A stretch of 53,238 nucleotides of DNA, filler included, from Sphacelaria rigidula (taxonomy: Eukaryota), in NCBI GenBank assembly GCA_964200075.2. It is 4 parts of 4 records of this genome, joined end to end, with 100 filler letters (N's around TTAATTAATTAA, not from the genome) between each part and the next. Parts side by side here need not be neighbours in the genome. Positions count along the whole stretch, not along the records: positions 26,671 to 39,904 come from CAXNAA020003042.1; positions 40,005 to 53,238 come from CAXNAA020003043.1; 2 more parts are not named here. One strand, written 5' to 3'. Within the stretch, counting starts at the first letter, position 1. Every line of letters starts with the position of its first letter. Positions 36,496 through 49,585 of the stretch are shown piece after piece. Below the pieces are notes generated by a model. That model was not told the DNA's origin, ran no database searches, and was given only the letters and a program-made list of their open reading frames with translations. A program made the translations under genes and the position numbers.

Positions 36496-38003
36496 TCTTT
36501 CTTCGTGGTATCCGATTTCCACCGTGGAAAGCGTGATGACGTGAGTGAACAAAGTAGTTGGCTGAGCTCGTTTGACGTGAGTTGACGCAGTGCGGGAGTG
36601 CTGACCCAATCCACGATACCAAAATGCAAGGAGTGTACCGGCAAGAGATGAGTTGATTCCTTGAGACCACGAGCTCGTCCCGAGTGAGGGGAGGGGTTCA
36701 AAGTGCGACAAATGAAAACAATGAAGATCCACCTCTGCATCGGAATTTTCACGTGTTGGTTCATTGTTTACGTTCGTATGTGCCACGTTTTTGAATCGTC
36801 ACCTTGTATTGTGGTACTCAGGTTTTCATATATGTCTTCTTATCGTACTCTCGTATCTCCTACGTTTTTCTCATTGCCTACTTTTTTTTATCTTCAATTT
36901 TCGCTTTGTTTAGAGGGGGGGTTGGGGGGGGGGGGGCGTGGAATTCCAGCGCCGATGGGGATACTATTTTCTGTTCGCTGAATGTGATGGCGAAGACTTG
37001 GAAAAATTACACACGTCGGACGAATCATTTCTTGTCGAAACGTGTGCACTCGTTGATATATATTTTTGAAAACACAACGAGCATGGCTCGAATGCTCGCC
37101 CTGTTGATTTTTTCATCACAAGCAATAACTGCGAGTGCTCGCTCTAAATGATTAATTTTCCACAACCAGTAATGACTCGAGTGTTCGCCCTATTGATTTT
37201 TCCACGACGAGCAATGATTCGAGTGCTCGAGGACCTCCAGAAACGGCCAACGAGCAGCCCCACGAGCGCGAGTGCCACCACGAATCATACGCGAGCTCGT
37301 CCGACGGATGAAAGAGTTCGGTCGCAGTTCCGTATGCGGAAAACTGCGCAGTCTCGTCCTTGGGCCATTGCTCATCTCGAGCCCAACACCAAAACCTGAA
37401 AGTATACAGTACGATAGAGGTGGCGGCACAGTGGTCTCGTCAGTCAGGCCGGGCCGTGCCTGCCTTTTGTTTGGTTCTCAATGCTAAGTCATTTTCCGTA
37501 CCTACGCGACGACTCAGGGGATGTGATCAATTTAACATGGCCATTCAATTGAAGGGCGGTGCGTACACAAATGCCTGCAGTACAGATCACGTATGGCATG
37601 CCGAGAGCTGAGATTGCCGCAGTAGTGTACCGAGGTCTTCGGATACTGTAGTGACCGCAATGCTTGGGTGTCACCGAGGTACCTACCGCAATTGTCCGGC
37701 TCTGTACCGTACCGCACCGCACTTTCGGAGAACTGTATGTCGTGTGTCGAGCGAAAGCGAGAAAATACAAGGGCAAGGGCACCCGGTCCCGCACCGTACC
37801 GCACTTGACCGGTACTCCAAGCTGTTTCCTACGGTGATACCGCGAAGATCAAGTACCATACCGTACGATCTTTTCCCGGAATCCATAACCCAGGACAACC
37901 CTGAAACGTTTTTGCCACCCCCATGCTTTTCCACCCTGACCCTCAGCGCGTTCCCCCCACCTCTTGTGTGTGTTGAAAAATCACTAAACATGGGGAACAA
38001 TAG

Positions 38004-38342
38004 GCGAGGGTACCTTCAATTCCTCGTCGACTCTAAGATCGTGTACGAGGCATTGGAAGAAACTTGTCTGGCCGACCCCCGCCTCGCTGCATTCCGAGAT
38101 ACCGGTTTGGAACGGTCAGCCGCGTTGGCGAAGGACATCGCCTGGCTGATGAAGACCTACCCGGATTCTTGCGCAGACGGAGACGGGCAGGCGCCATCCC
38201 CTACCGCGATCGCCACAGAGTATGCCTCGTTTTTGAGGAGCACCATACGTTCTAGTCTTCCTGCATTTATGTGCCACTTCTATAATCACTACTTTGCGCA
38301 TACGGCGGGTGGACGCAAGATCGGGGCGAAGGTATCTCAAAG
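38004..38342 (+). CDS. Heme oxygenase (plant/algal HY1-type), internal exon
   Basis: GYLQFLVDSKIVYEALE, TGLERSAALAKDIAW and FMCHFYNHYFAHTAGGRKIG motifs; TAG acceptor and AG|GTGAGG donor. Other exons not identified. Confidence 0.9.
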
Positions 38343-39864
38343 GTGAGGGACGATGACAATGTGCCTCCGCGCGGTGCTTTCTTGCGGGGAGGGCGCTTAC
38401 CCGACGACAGCGTCACGTCGAACGACGTTAAAGTGGGGTTATTTCTGGTCGTTTGCACACAACCTGATACAGCGCATAACGGACAACCTCCCATCCGAAA
38501 ACTCGAGAAGGTGGCTTTTAGTGTGTCGTGGACTCTGTACCGTTTGTGGTCCGTTCAACCTCTCATTCTCGAGAGGAGAGAAAATCTTGACCCTCGGGTA
38601 TCTACGATATGCCTGATGCTCAACAGGTACTTTTGTAAGGTATCGCTCAACACGGTTTTGTCCCGACTCTCCAAGTGCCTTGTTGGATGAAGGATCGGGA
38701 ATGGGAGGGCGAGGGTGCTCTGCACCTGGACTTGCGTTTGTAATGTAGTCACGCAAGGAAAGGGGCGAGGGTTTGTATCCCCGATCTGTGCCAATGCAGG
38801 GAGCCGTTATCGACGTTTGATTTTCCCTGGTGTTGTGGGCTTTGGTGTGGCGGTTTGGTCGTGGTGAATGGTCCGTGCGCCCTGGTTTCGTGCGCAGCAC
38901 GTGTTTGAAGATCGCGCACACCTGTTCAACTGCAAGTGACTTCATTTTCTTCTCGGTGAGGCAGTGTTCGTTTTTTTTTCCCTCACACTTTGAATCCCCC
39001 CCCCTTCGTCGGGATGAGTCCGTGGTCTCAAGGGATCAATCCACCTCTCCCCCATTACCGTGCCTTTTTGTTGTGAACAGCTTGAAAATCATTTTTGGGC
39101 GTATGGGTGCGGTATCTTTCAGTTCAGGCACCACAGGCTTCTTTGATTAAATGCATTCGTTGTAAGCAATCCGGGGATGGTCATTTTGTCTTTGACACCT
39201 GGGCACGCAAGCAATAACATGTGATATGTTGAAGTTTGGCTTCTTGCATTGCCACTTCGTGTAGTATGTGCGGCACACGACAGACCCCTCCCCCTCTACA
39301 GGAAAAGGGCTAGGTACGAAATGAGTTGAAGGAATCTGGGTTCAAAGTGGGTGGCAGCGTCCGTCTTGAGATCCGCCGTTTATCTTACAAGCGTCTTGAC
39401 CGACAGTTTTACAGAGAAATACACCGAGCTTCTGAGCAAAATGAAAACTGAAAGCGCTACTAAACTACTCTGTAGGAGTGTAGTTGTCACGTCCGCGTCC
39501 TCCTCTCGTAAAATGAAAGGTCCAGCAGAGGATGTCGTAGATAGCACTTCGGATCTAACACAATTAATTACTGGTATTCTACCGAAGGGTAGCGACGTTT
39601 CTCTTGAACATCCCCAAAACCCATGCAACTTCCCTGCGAAACGGCGAAGAAGCGGTGGGAACCAGCGCAGGAACGACCTATGAAACAGTGATCGCAAGTC
39701 CGTAGCTGGAGTTCGGGAAGTAAGCAGCCTTGAAACCGAACAATGGTGTCAGGCCCAACACCAGCCACATCTATGACCTTCCAATCAAATTCTCCGAACG
39801 TTTGGCATCCCAAGTGCCTGAATTCAGACTACCCGAACCCCCCCCCCCACCCCCCCCCCCCCCG

Positions 39865-39904
<40 letters not shown>

Positions 39905-40004
39905 NNNNNNNNNNNNNNNNNNNNNNNNNNNNNNNNNNNNNNNNNNNNTTAATTAATTAANNNNNNNNNNNNNNNNNNNNNNNNNNNNNNNNNNNNNNNN
40001 NNNN
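39905..40004. other. Artificial contig linker, preceded by a poly-C contig end (~39838-39904)
   Basis: N-TTAATTAATTAA-N, 100 bp. Confidence 0.97.
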
Positions 40005-40940
40005 GGACATTCTCTGGAGCAAGGGGAGGCGATAGAGATCCTCACCTTCACCTAACTCGTCATCTATCCCGAGATATGGCGCACATAATTTTCCATACTA
40101 AAATCAATGTATTATGAGCAGAGGCACTAGATGCCGTCATTCTGGACATTGCGTCTCATTTTTTGAGGATTGTTTGATAAAATTTCGTGTAGTGGACCGC
40201 TAGTGCATAATAAAGTATAAACGGCTTGCTACCTTTTCTCATTTTTTCTTCATTTTTTATCGTGTTTTTAGTGGAGTTTTGAGGAGAAATGAACGTTGCT
40301 CTTAGGCCTTATCGCAATGTTTTAGCTCAATTTCTAGAATTATGATTTGAAAGTTAGCATGGAGAACCACAAAAGTGTGCCGAAAAAAAAAACAAGGGCC
40401 TTCATTTTTTTTTCCATAGAGGTTCGGACGTTCTCGTGAAAAAATGGGCTTGACCATAGTGGAACGTCCTGAACCAGTGAAAAAAATGAAAGAAATCAAC
40501 CTTACCCACTTTTTTTGTTGATTATGCCTTAGAGAGCGCCCACACCATATTTCAATACACAAAAACCAAACGTGGGCCAGTGAGTGGCCTGCGAAATACT
40601 GTTCCGAATTTCTACCGATCCGGTTTTTGATGGGCCCATGCTCTACGATACATGTAAAGTTGGGCCCTGAAATTTGGTATGGACAGTGCAAAGGTCATGA
40701 AAATAAAATTACTTCGGTACCAAAAGTGTTTTTTTTTCAAGAATTAAGGGCAATAATCGGTTTTCAGGTATCAGTAAAATGCCCCTAACTCATGAAGAAA
40801 AAAAAAACTTTTGGTACCGAAGAAGTTTTTTTTTTTATGCCCTGTGCATTGTCCATACCAGATTCCAGGGCCCAACTCCAAAAGTATAAAAGAGCATGGG
40901 CGCGCAAAATTCAAATCTGCCTCCAGGCTGGCCCAGCTCG
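40005..40940. mobile_element. Right part of a CGAG-TIR element with a subterminal hairpin
   Basis: Homologous to 30645-31340; hairpin ~40635-40900; ends AGGCTGGCCCAGCTCG|TA. Confidence 0.8.
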
Positions 40941-41329
40941 TAGCACTTTCGAGTTCTGTCGAAGAGTAGTCGTGATAAAAAAAATACTTTTGAATACTAT
41001 ATCAAGACCTGTGCGTAGTAGATATCTGATTGACACACTCCCGGGAGACCATTTCGCGGCGATTTCGGTTATCCTACTTGTAACTACAGTTCTGCAGAGG
41101 GATACGCAGTACATTAACACCTTTATGTCACCCCTATTTGATCAGTTCTGGAGTCCCCAAATCCCATTACCCAGGGCCATTCATATCTATCACTACGGTA
41201 ATCATGATGACTCCCCGAGGAACTGCCCTCGGGTCCACGTATCTGAACACACCGCGTTGTACCATAGTCCCTTTCACACGTGCCGCGGCCAAAGCAGACG
41301 GTGGACTCTGCATGCATCACAACCCTTAC

Positions 41330-41500
41330 CTCTATCCGCTTCTTGAGGGCATCCATAGACCCCACGTCCATGCCCTTCCCGCGGAGCACCTCGCTGCGCA
41401 GCCCGTCCTCTTCGCCTCCGCTGCCATCCCCTCCGTCCGTGTCCATCGCGTCCACCTTGGCGGTGTCGGCACGCTCTTCTCCCTCTTCCCGAGCCCGCTC
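41330..41500 (-). CDS. RRP14/SURF6-like protein, exon 3
   Basis: CAG acceptor, GTAAGG donor, 171 nt, phase 0; ERAREEGEE...SMDALKKRIE. Confidence 0.7.
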
Positions 41501-43666
41501 CTGTCCGTGCGTGAAGTTGTAGGCAGGGTGCATGTGTCACGACTCAGAAGGCAGGCTGATACAGTAACCCCCTTGCGTCTTTGGATGTCGTGGTCTTGCT
41601 TGGGAATAAGATCGGAGGCCCAGTTTTGCCAGCCAGGTGCATGCATGTTCTTGTAACGTGCGGTTTGGAAGGTGTTGAATGCTGCAGACGTTCGACTGTG
41701 CATATGTCTCAAGATATTGCTTCCATAGCTTTTGCGCCGCGGGTGAGGGCATCATTTTTTTTCATGCCAATCTTGAAATCTGTACGACCTGCCATGACGT
41801 CAACCACGCCCACGCTCCGTATCCTTATGTGCGAAATAGCCAACCAAATGAAATCACGAGGGCCGCGACTCACCCACTGCCTGGATCAGTACAAAAAACA
41901 ACGCATCGCTTTGTCCGGGAAGAGGGGATGGGGAGTCAAAGGCTGTCTAACCACTGTAAAAATGTGCGGCATGCACTGTAAGGATGAACGTTCTGATGGG
42001 ACTGTCCCAGCACCCTCTCCTCCGGCCACATGCAGCCATCGATACCCACGGCACGTCGGACAGGAGCGGCGGTGCAGGTGTGCTGAACGAGGGTTTTCAG
42101 CATACTACGCTGACTGAATGGCGAGGGATCAAGTCTGTTTTACTCGGTCAAGTGGAAGGGGACGTGCCGAAGCAACCCTTTCGCGGTTGGCAGTTTCACC
42201 AGTGTTACAGACTGTTGGAAACTTAACCGTAAGCAGGCTGACAGTCGCGCTCATCGTGTCCGTGCATATTCCTCACGCTCCGTGGAGAAGAGAATGCGCC
42301 TTGGTGCTCCACTGCTCATTAAATGAGCAGCCGTCAATCCCAACCTTATCAGTATCTTTGCCTGAGTTTCGATATCCAGTGGAAGACTTCACAATCGGTG
42401 GCGGGCACGAAGAGTATGATGTAACGATACGAGCAGTCAATACAGCCGGTAGGGAGCGATACTGTGCTTTTCAACAGTGGTAACGCTGCCGGCGAACAAG
42501 TACTACACTGACCGTCCCTGGTCCTACGGTCAAGAAGAGGATGCACGGAGTGCTGCAGCAGCTCTATGCTGCTTATACGGCAAGACAGTAAGTAGCACAT
42601 ACACCATGCGTAGCTACTTTTGCACTGACAGCACTACGCTTGTGTGCGACGAGTGTGTGATGGAGCGCCACTTTTCACAGAGTTTGATCCCACTGAAAAC
42701 TGACTGCTTTTCTCGGCCAGATTTGGCAAAATTTCGCAGTTTCCAGATATCTTGATGAAAAATGGCCCCTATAAGGTCGCGCTGCGAAAAAAAGTCTCTG
42801 GAAATCGACCAAAACGACTCTTTTCAGACCAAAACGGGTGGTCTGAGGTTTACGAATTTCGCAACCAAACCTAGTATATATGTTTACTACCCGGGACGTA
42901 CACGTAGCTGTAGTTTTTCTTTCTCTTACTTTGAGACATTCAGTACCGCCTCACAGGAGTCCTCGCGCTGGGATCCCTGGAAGCCGGAAAATAGCGGAGA
43001 AACTTTCAACTGTTGTAAAAACAATACTTTTGCTCATTTGGAGCACCAATCTCTACGAAACCGTCAATTTTTCAAGGCGATATGAGCTCTTGTACGTCAG
43101 ATACAGGGAAGACCTTTCTTGGTCTTTGGTGCGTATCATAGGTGGAAATTCGACGACGCGAAAGCCCCGCCTCACCGAAATACCACGGCTTAGGGTTCAA
43201 CTCGATCCCATAGTAACCGTTTCCAAATATTTTTCTTCTGTTAGATTGCTGAGCTGATGGCAATCACCATGATTCAAAGTATGCGGAGATTGGGTAGAAA
43301 TGGGTTGAGAATTCGTCTCTTCATTTCTAGAATAATTTAGACTGTGCTGATTCGTCGAGGTGTCAGTTCGCCCTTGGCGTCACCGCTACGACCTTGAATA
43401 AAAATCCAGTCATGTCACCGTCTTCGTCTGCTGATTGCGGGAAGTATGGTGAGGTGTTTGCGACTATTGGGAAGGCATTTGCTGGTGACACAAGTTTGGC
43501 TGATGAGCGTGAACCGGCCTGCAGCTTGCAATTTTCCGTCACAGGAAACAGTGCCTGGATAGCTGCCGTCATTCGAGCTACGAAAGGTGGGGTGTAGGTG
43601 CATACTATATTATACACACTATTATCGTTGACAAAGACAACTTTTTACCCTGGGATGATCTCTGAC

Positions 43667-43774
43667 CTGCTGCCTCTCGAGCACCGTCTTCTGGTTCTCC
43701 GCCAGGTACCGAGCTCTCTTGTTCTTTTTTGACTCCTCCTTCTTGGACTGCTGCGGCGCTTGGCCCTTTTTGTT
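43667..43774 (-). CDS. RRP14/SURF6-like protein, exon 2
   Basis: CAG acceptor, GTCAGA donor, 108 nt, phase 0; NKKGQAPQQSKKEESKKNKRARYLAENQKTVLERQQ. Confidence 0.75.
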
Positions 43775-44321
43775 CTGTAAACACCCGGAGGAGACCGAAA
43801 ACACGCAGCGGGTTCTTGAAATGAATCAAGGCTTTGCGGGTTGGAGGGAGAAGAGGCAAACACAAACGGGACATGGTGCGCGTAGGCAGCAGCCCGCTAA
43901 TGCTCGTGCGTATAGACAGGAGTCAGTCACTGTTCTGCTGTACCGTAGTGGAGACCCGTTTCGTCCTCGGCACCCAGGGTGTAGTGTCTCATGATACGAT
44001 ACACAGTCATGCCTGGACAATAATCGGGTGAGAGCAAGATATCTTGGCTAGCGGATCGACATGAGGGGCAGATACAAGAAGCCCTCAACTTACTCAAGTG
44101 TACGCTGTTCCTGCTTTACAAACCTATCGGGATGTGCTTCACGATCAGAGTCAACATGTATAATCCTCATGTTCACAGCTCAGGCAGTGGAGAACATGCG
44201 GCACCCCACTCAGGGCAATCCGAACGGAGAACTATTTTCGAGTTTTCGGCCCCCGAAACGCACACCCTGTTCAGCACGTCCTTGATGCACCTCCTGTGCC
44301 ATGTCCTTCCACAAACCGTAC

Positions 44322-44801
44322 CTTCATATACTTGCTGGCATAGGAGGCCACGGGTACCTCCTTGGCCGGCAGCACCAAGTTCTCCGGGATCATGTCAAGC
44401 ATGGTTGAAAAGAACCGGTCGTGTTTCTCAATGGTGGCCACCAGCTCATCCACAACCACAGGGGCGTCGGAAACCACACCCTTTTGCCCGGCATCAAAAC
44501 TCTCACTCCTCGGACGCTTCTTGCCCGAATCGACACCACCTCCACCAACAGTAACAGTAGTAGAAGAATTATGTCGACCTGGGGACATTTGAATCGCGGC
44601 AGGTGGTCGCCCCTTGCCGGCGCCGACAACTGTGTCAGTCTTCGGCTTGTGCCGGCTGGCTATGTCCTGGGCGGCGAGCTTTGCAGCAGCAGAGCTGGTA
44701 TTATCCTTGCTGTTGCTGCCATTCTCGTGGTTTGCGTCATCTTTTACGCTCTTCAAAAGCTTTGCACGCTTAGACCGCTCTCCTCTCGAGACACGAGGCA
44801 T
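44322..44801 (-). CDS. RRP14/SURF6-like ribosome biogenesis protein, exon 1
   Basis: ATG at 44801, 480 nt, AAG|GTACGG donor. IEKHDRFFSTMLDMIP resembles the Rrp14 N-terminal H..F..L..LIP motif and is followed by a K-rich exon. Confidence 0.72.
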
Positions 44802-46403
44802 ATCAGGGAGATTTCAACAATGTAGTCCTGAGCAGTATGGCATAAAGACGCAGCTGCTCGGATGGGGAGAACCATGACAGCGTAACAGCAGGCTGGACCT
44901 CAAAGAAACGCGTGAATAAAAGCCATGCTCCATTTCATTACTGTAGCACTTTCTTGAACTATTGTAAGTGGTACAACATAAGGATAATGAAAAAGCGTTC
45001 TGCCTCCTCGAGATCCATTATTTTTCCTATCCATGTTTTTTTTCGGTGCGGCATTTTCTTCAGCGTGGTTAACGACTCCCATATCTAACCACCGTACTGT
45101 AGTGAGATACCCCCCACCAGACGAGTGGTGCATTGCATGCGTGGGTATGCAAGACCAAGAGTACTCTTGACTTCACAACGTCCGACTGCGGGTTTGAGTA
45201 TAAAGCAAATATCACTTTGAGAACAAGCATCGATCGCGGAATTATCTGAAGACTGGAGGTGCTATTGCCATTTTCAAGCGGTATAAGTTTTCCCTTCAGT
45301 CAGAGTTTTTCAAAGAGAACGTGTCAGTGAGAGCAGGGCGCGGTTGACGCCGTGGAGTGAAGGGAAACAGAGATCGGGGATTGATAAAAGGGAGAATTTG
45401 GTTTCTTCTTCGAGAAGAGAGGGAATCAATCTGGAGGTCAGTAATTTGCTTGAGTTTTCGTCGTACTGGCTGTGTCTGTTGATCGTGTCCCGAACAGACC
45501 AAGAAAGCTCACAGAGGTGCTCCGAGTTATTGCTGATGCGTGGTTGACTCAACCAACTTGAGAGCGATGTGTATTGCTGCGGGACCAACGACGATGTCTA
45601 TACAAGCAGATGACATAGTTCATTGGTCACGTTATAGCGACGTTTCGGTGTTGGGGCGCCACGCCTGCATTGACAAGAGTCTTCCGTTGTGGTTGTTTCG
45701 GTGCGTTGTTTTGTATCACCCCCACAATCTCCACGAGTCTCCGAAATGGTTGCCGAACTCACTCCCGCTCTTCCAAGAACTCCGCCCGAACGAGATACCT
45801 GATGTATGTACACCACTGACGACACAGTAGATAGACCCTTTTCATCCCCGAGTTTTTAAACACAGAACAGCTATCACCTCATTCACCCTGAGTCAAAACA
45901 TGTGCCGTCGCCGGTTGTCGTTCTTCATGTTGAGCTTATGCTGCCTAGAAAGTCGTTCAGCACTCTGTCCTCATCTTTTTCATAGCCGGTCAAGTTTTTA
46001 CCGACGCGGTTGTTTGTGCTGGCGTTGGGGGTACCGTATCTGGGCCGAGCGAGGTGTCCAACCCCCCGATTAAGTTGTTATTGTCGTTTTTATTGTTGAG
46101 GCTGCTTGCATGCGACGGCAGGGCGATGTTACCGCAGTAAATACCAATATGCCCGCACATATTTCGCTCCCCGCCACTCGCATCACTTTCGTAGTCACCA
46201 ACGGACTTTGTAGTCATGACCAAAACACGCACGCGCTCTCGAAGTGTTCGTTTCCGTCATACCAGCACATCTCCCATGTTCACCCGCATTAACGTCAGTG
46301 CTTCTTTGCTCCTCGCTTAATCTCACAGCAGAACAACGCACTTGAGAGTGGGTGGCGCCCCTGCCCCTCTCTCGTTTGAGGGAGAACGCCTTTGTCCGGC
46401 GTC

Positions 46404-49400
46404 ATGCCTACCCGCTCTAGCAGCCCGAGCAGAAGCCGATCTCGGAAACGCAGTCGTGGCATTTACAGCAGGAGCAGGAGCCACAGCAGTACTCGCAGTC
46501 AGAGCAGTCACGACAGCAGCAGCAGTAGCAGTAGCAGCAGCCCAAGTGCCAGTCACAGGAGTAACAGTAGCCGCAGCCGAAGCCGAAGTGATAGTCGTGA
46601 CCACCATAGCAGTCGCCGTCGATCCGTTACTCCCGAGCGTCGCCGCGGGAACAGCAGGGGCGGCGGCAGCAGTGGTAGCGGTTACCGCACCCCTGTCAAA
46701 TCATCTTCAGCGTCGCGCCATCGTAGCAATACTCCCAGTGGGCGCGACAGGTCAACGGAACGCAGGGCCTCCGGCGGCGGAAGGCGAGAGGGAAGGGGCG
46801 ACTCCAGGGACCCTGGGCGGGGCGGGGATTATGGTCGGGGTTCGGCCGATCGTGGGCGAGACTCGCGCGACGATCGAGGTAGCAGGGACCGGAGGGCTCT
46901 CGTGTCCGGTGACAGCAGCAGGGATTGGGGTCGAGATCGGGACCGAAATGCTGATAGGAGGGACCGCAGCCGCGACCGGCAGGCGCCACGCCGAGTAAAT
47001 TACAAGGGTGACAAAGGGGAACGATCTGGCGGCAGGAAGGATAGAGGCAGAGATCGAGACAAAAATCGGGAGAAGGACCGTAGCAGAGACAAAACGCGGG
47101 ATCGTGAAAAAGGAAGCCGAAAGTACGATGACGGGAGCAGTAGTGGTGTCGGGGATAATATGAGACGGGCAGGGGGTGGCGAGAGGGAGTCGGATGGGCG
47201 ACGAGGTCGGGGAGGTCGAGGACGATCTCGCGACCACAGCCAATCACATGATCGAGACAGTTCTGATGATAGTAGCAGCGAGGTAAGAGAGAGTGTCGGT
47301 GCCAAGCGGAGGCGTGCGAAGAACAAGGAACGGCGAAACAACTCCGACTCTGACGACAGCTTCCATATCGCCAAGAACAGATATAGGAGCGCTAGTAGAG
47401 ATTCTAGTGACAGCGACAGTGACAGCGACAGTGACGAGAGCGTTAATAGCAGACACTCTTTAAGTGAAATTGGTAGCGTTGGCTATGGAAGAGGGCAAAG
47501 CGGTGACGGCAGTCGAGGTCACAAAAAAGCCACGGGGGGCAAGAGCCCCAGATCTGGAGATTCTGGCCGCTCTCATCAGGGAAGGCCTCCGAAGGTGCCG
47601 CTGGCGATGAAGGACTCCAGGCCTGGTTTCAGAAAGCGCCCAAATAGTTCTGACGACGACAGCAGTCGAGATCGATTCCCGCCGAAATCGAAAGTCAGCA
47701 GTAAGGATAAACGACTATCCGCCAATGGCAAGCGAGACACGGGTAGCAGAGGCGCGACCGGCGGCCGCAGGGGTAAAAGTGGGTCGGGCGGCTCCGAGCG
47801 CTTTGAGAAAAGCGGCAAGGCTCTTTCCGCGTCGCCATCGGGCGGAGATCACAGCGCTTCCTCGGTTGTGGAGGTGACCCCGCCGCGCAAATCATCGTCT
47901 CGTCCGTCGTCTGCGTCCTCCGGAGGGCCTGAGGGTGCAGAAGAACCAACGAGGAACCTCACCAAGTCCAAGCGCCCGGGGAAATTCCGCAGCGAAGGAC
48001 GTCTCTCTAGTACGGACGGCTCACGGAAATATCGACCGTCCTATGACGAATACGATGACGAGGGACAGGCTAGTCCTCCCGGGAGGGAGTATTCGGATGC
48101 GGAGGACGAGGAAATGGACTCTCCAGACAGTATAAGACGCGCCGACGATCACTGTTCGCCGTGGACGAATGACTTTACCTCTGGTGTCGGCAGAGGTAGC
48201 GGTGGTGCACCAGCGCTTGTCACTCAATCTCAAACCTCATCCGAAAGCCCGCAGGCGAAGAAAGGGCACGGCGCAGGGCGTCATTCGCCCGGCATGCGAC
48301 CAGAAAGACGGCGGTCAACTGACAGAGACGCGATGCTGAACGAGGACGAGGAGCTAGCCGATCAGCAGCTGGTGCGCGGTGTCGCGTCAAGTTCACAACA
48401 CAGGGCGGCGGCCGCTGATGATGACGATGACGATGGCGTCGGGGAGCGATCCAAGGCAGGGGCCAGCGCAGATGACGGAGGAGTGGAAAGCGACGACGAG
48501 GAGGGAGTGACCGTAGAGCTCGATTCGGGAACTTCTAATATGGACGAAGAGGAACCGCTACCGACTGCGGCGGCAAAGATTAGCTTGTTCCCCGCTAAAG
48601 CCCCACAGGCAGCGGTGGCGCCCCAAGCATTATCGACACCTCCACCGCTTGTGAAGCCTACTCCTCAAGTGCAATTGGGGGTGCCGCGACCGCGACCGAT
48701 ATCCACATCGGCACTCGCCGGTTCCAACGCCCCCAAAGGCAACGGCAAGAAGCGTCCCCGACCATCGAGCCGCGGTGCAGACCCGACTGGAGCTCCGCCG
48801 ACCGCCCCGCGTGCTCCGTCCATGCTCGGCGTACCGGCGGCGGCGCCGGTGGCGATGGCGGTGGCGCCTAACGGCAAGCGCTCGCCAGCTGCCGGGAAGG
48901 TATCGTCGGGAAAAGACAAGAATCGGGCGCGTGGAGGGGAGAAAAAGGGCCGCGGAGGCAGCGGCGGCGGTGGCGGTGGCGGCAGCGTTGGAACAGCCAG
49001 CCGAGACGGCGGCGCACAGTCGCCGCCGCAAGCTCGAAGGACCCAACGTGCTGCGGCCGTTGTTGCCGCGGGCAAGATAAAAAACACTAGTGAAGGTGGA
49101 GGTGGTGGCGGCGGCGGCGGCGGCGTCGTCGTGGGAGGCGGAGGAGGTACAATAGGGGTCGGGATAGATGGCCCGACCGGTCCGGGAGGCGGCGGTGGGG
49201 GCAACGGCAGCGGAAGTGGGGCGGCCGCGGCGCCGGATGGATTTTTCTTGGGTGTGGAACCTCCGGGAGTGGAAAAGCCGGACGATAGCGACGAGGAGGC
49301 GACGCTGGATGAGTCGAAGCTGTCGACTGTAACGAGCGCAGGGGGGAGGATGTCAACCGGCGGGGGCGGGCGGGGAGGGTTGAAACCAACGATAATGGGC

Positions 49401-49585
49401 CCGCGGGAGTGGTTCACGGCAAAAAGCAAGGTGGCGGAGTTCATGTTACTGGATAAGAAGAACTTTTACAAGAACCATCCGTCGGACACAGTGGAAGATG
49501 GAAAAGTGTACTTGGCGATCGTTTCGAAGGCGTTTTGGCTGAGGCAGATTCAAGAGAAGGTTGGAAACACCAAGCTCGACTGCAG
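46404..49585 (+). CDS. Large low-complexity (RS/RD-rich, acidic, Gly/Pro-rich) protein, first coding exon; function unknown
   Basis: >1000-codon open frame with ATG at 46404. Upstream polypyrimidine-CAG acceptor at ~46328. Ends in a short globular-looking segment with an AG|GTGAAA donor. Confidence 0.85.

Noticed and set aside
39730-39960. Polyproline ORFs
   Set aside because: They derive from a poly-C contig end running into Ns; likely a sequencing artefact
42075-42117. hAT dimerisation motif (AERGFS)
   Set aside because: Only a 6-residue match with no supporting flanking motifs
38004-44801. Convergent heme oxygenase / RRP14 gene pair
   Set aside because: Separated by an artificial contig linker
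46323-49444. Long overlapping or antisense ORFs (218, 259, 183 aa and others)
   Set aside because: Shadow frames of a GC-rich low-complexity exon
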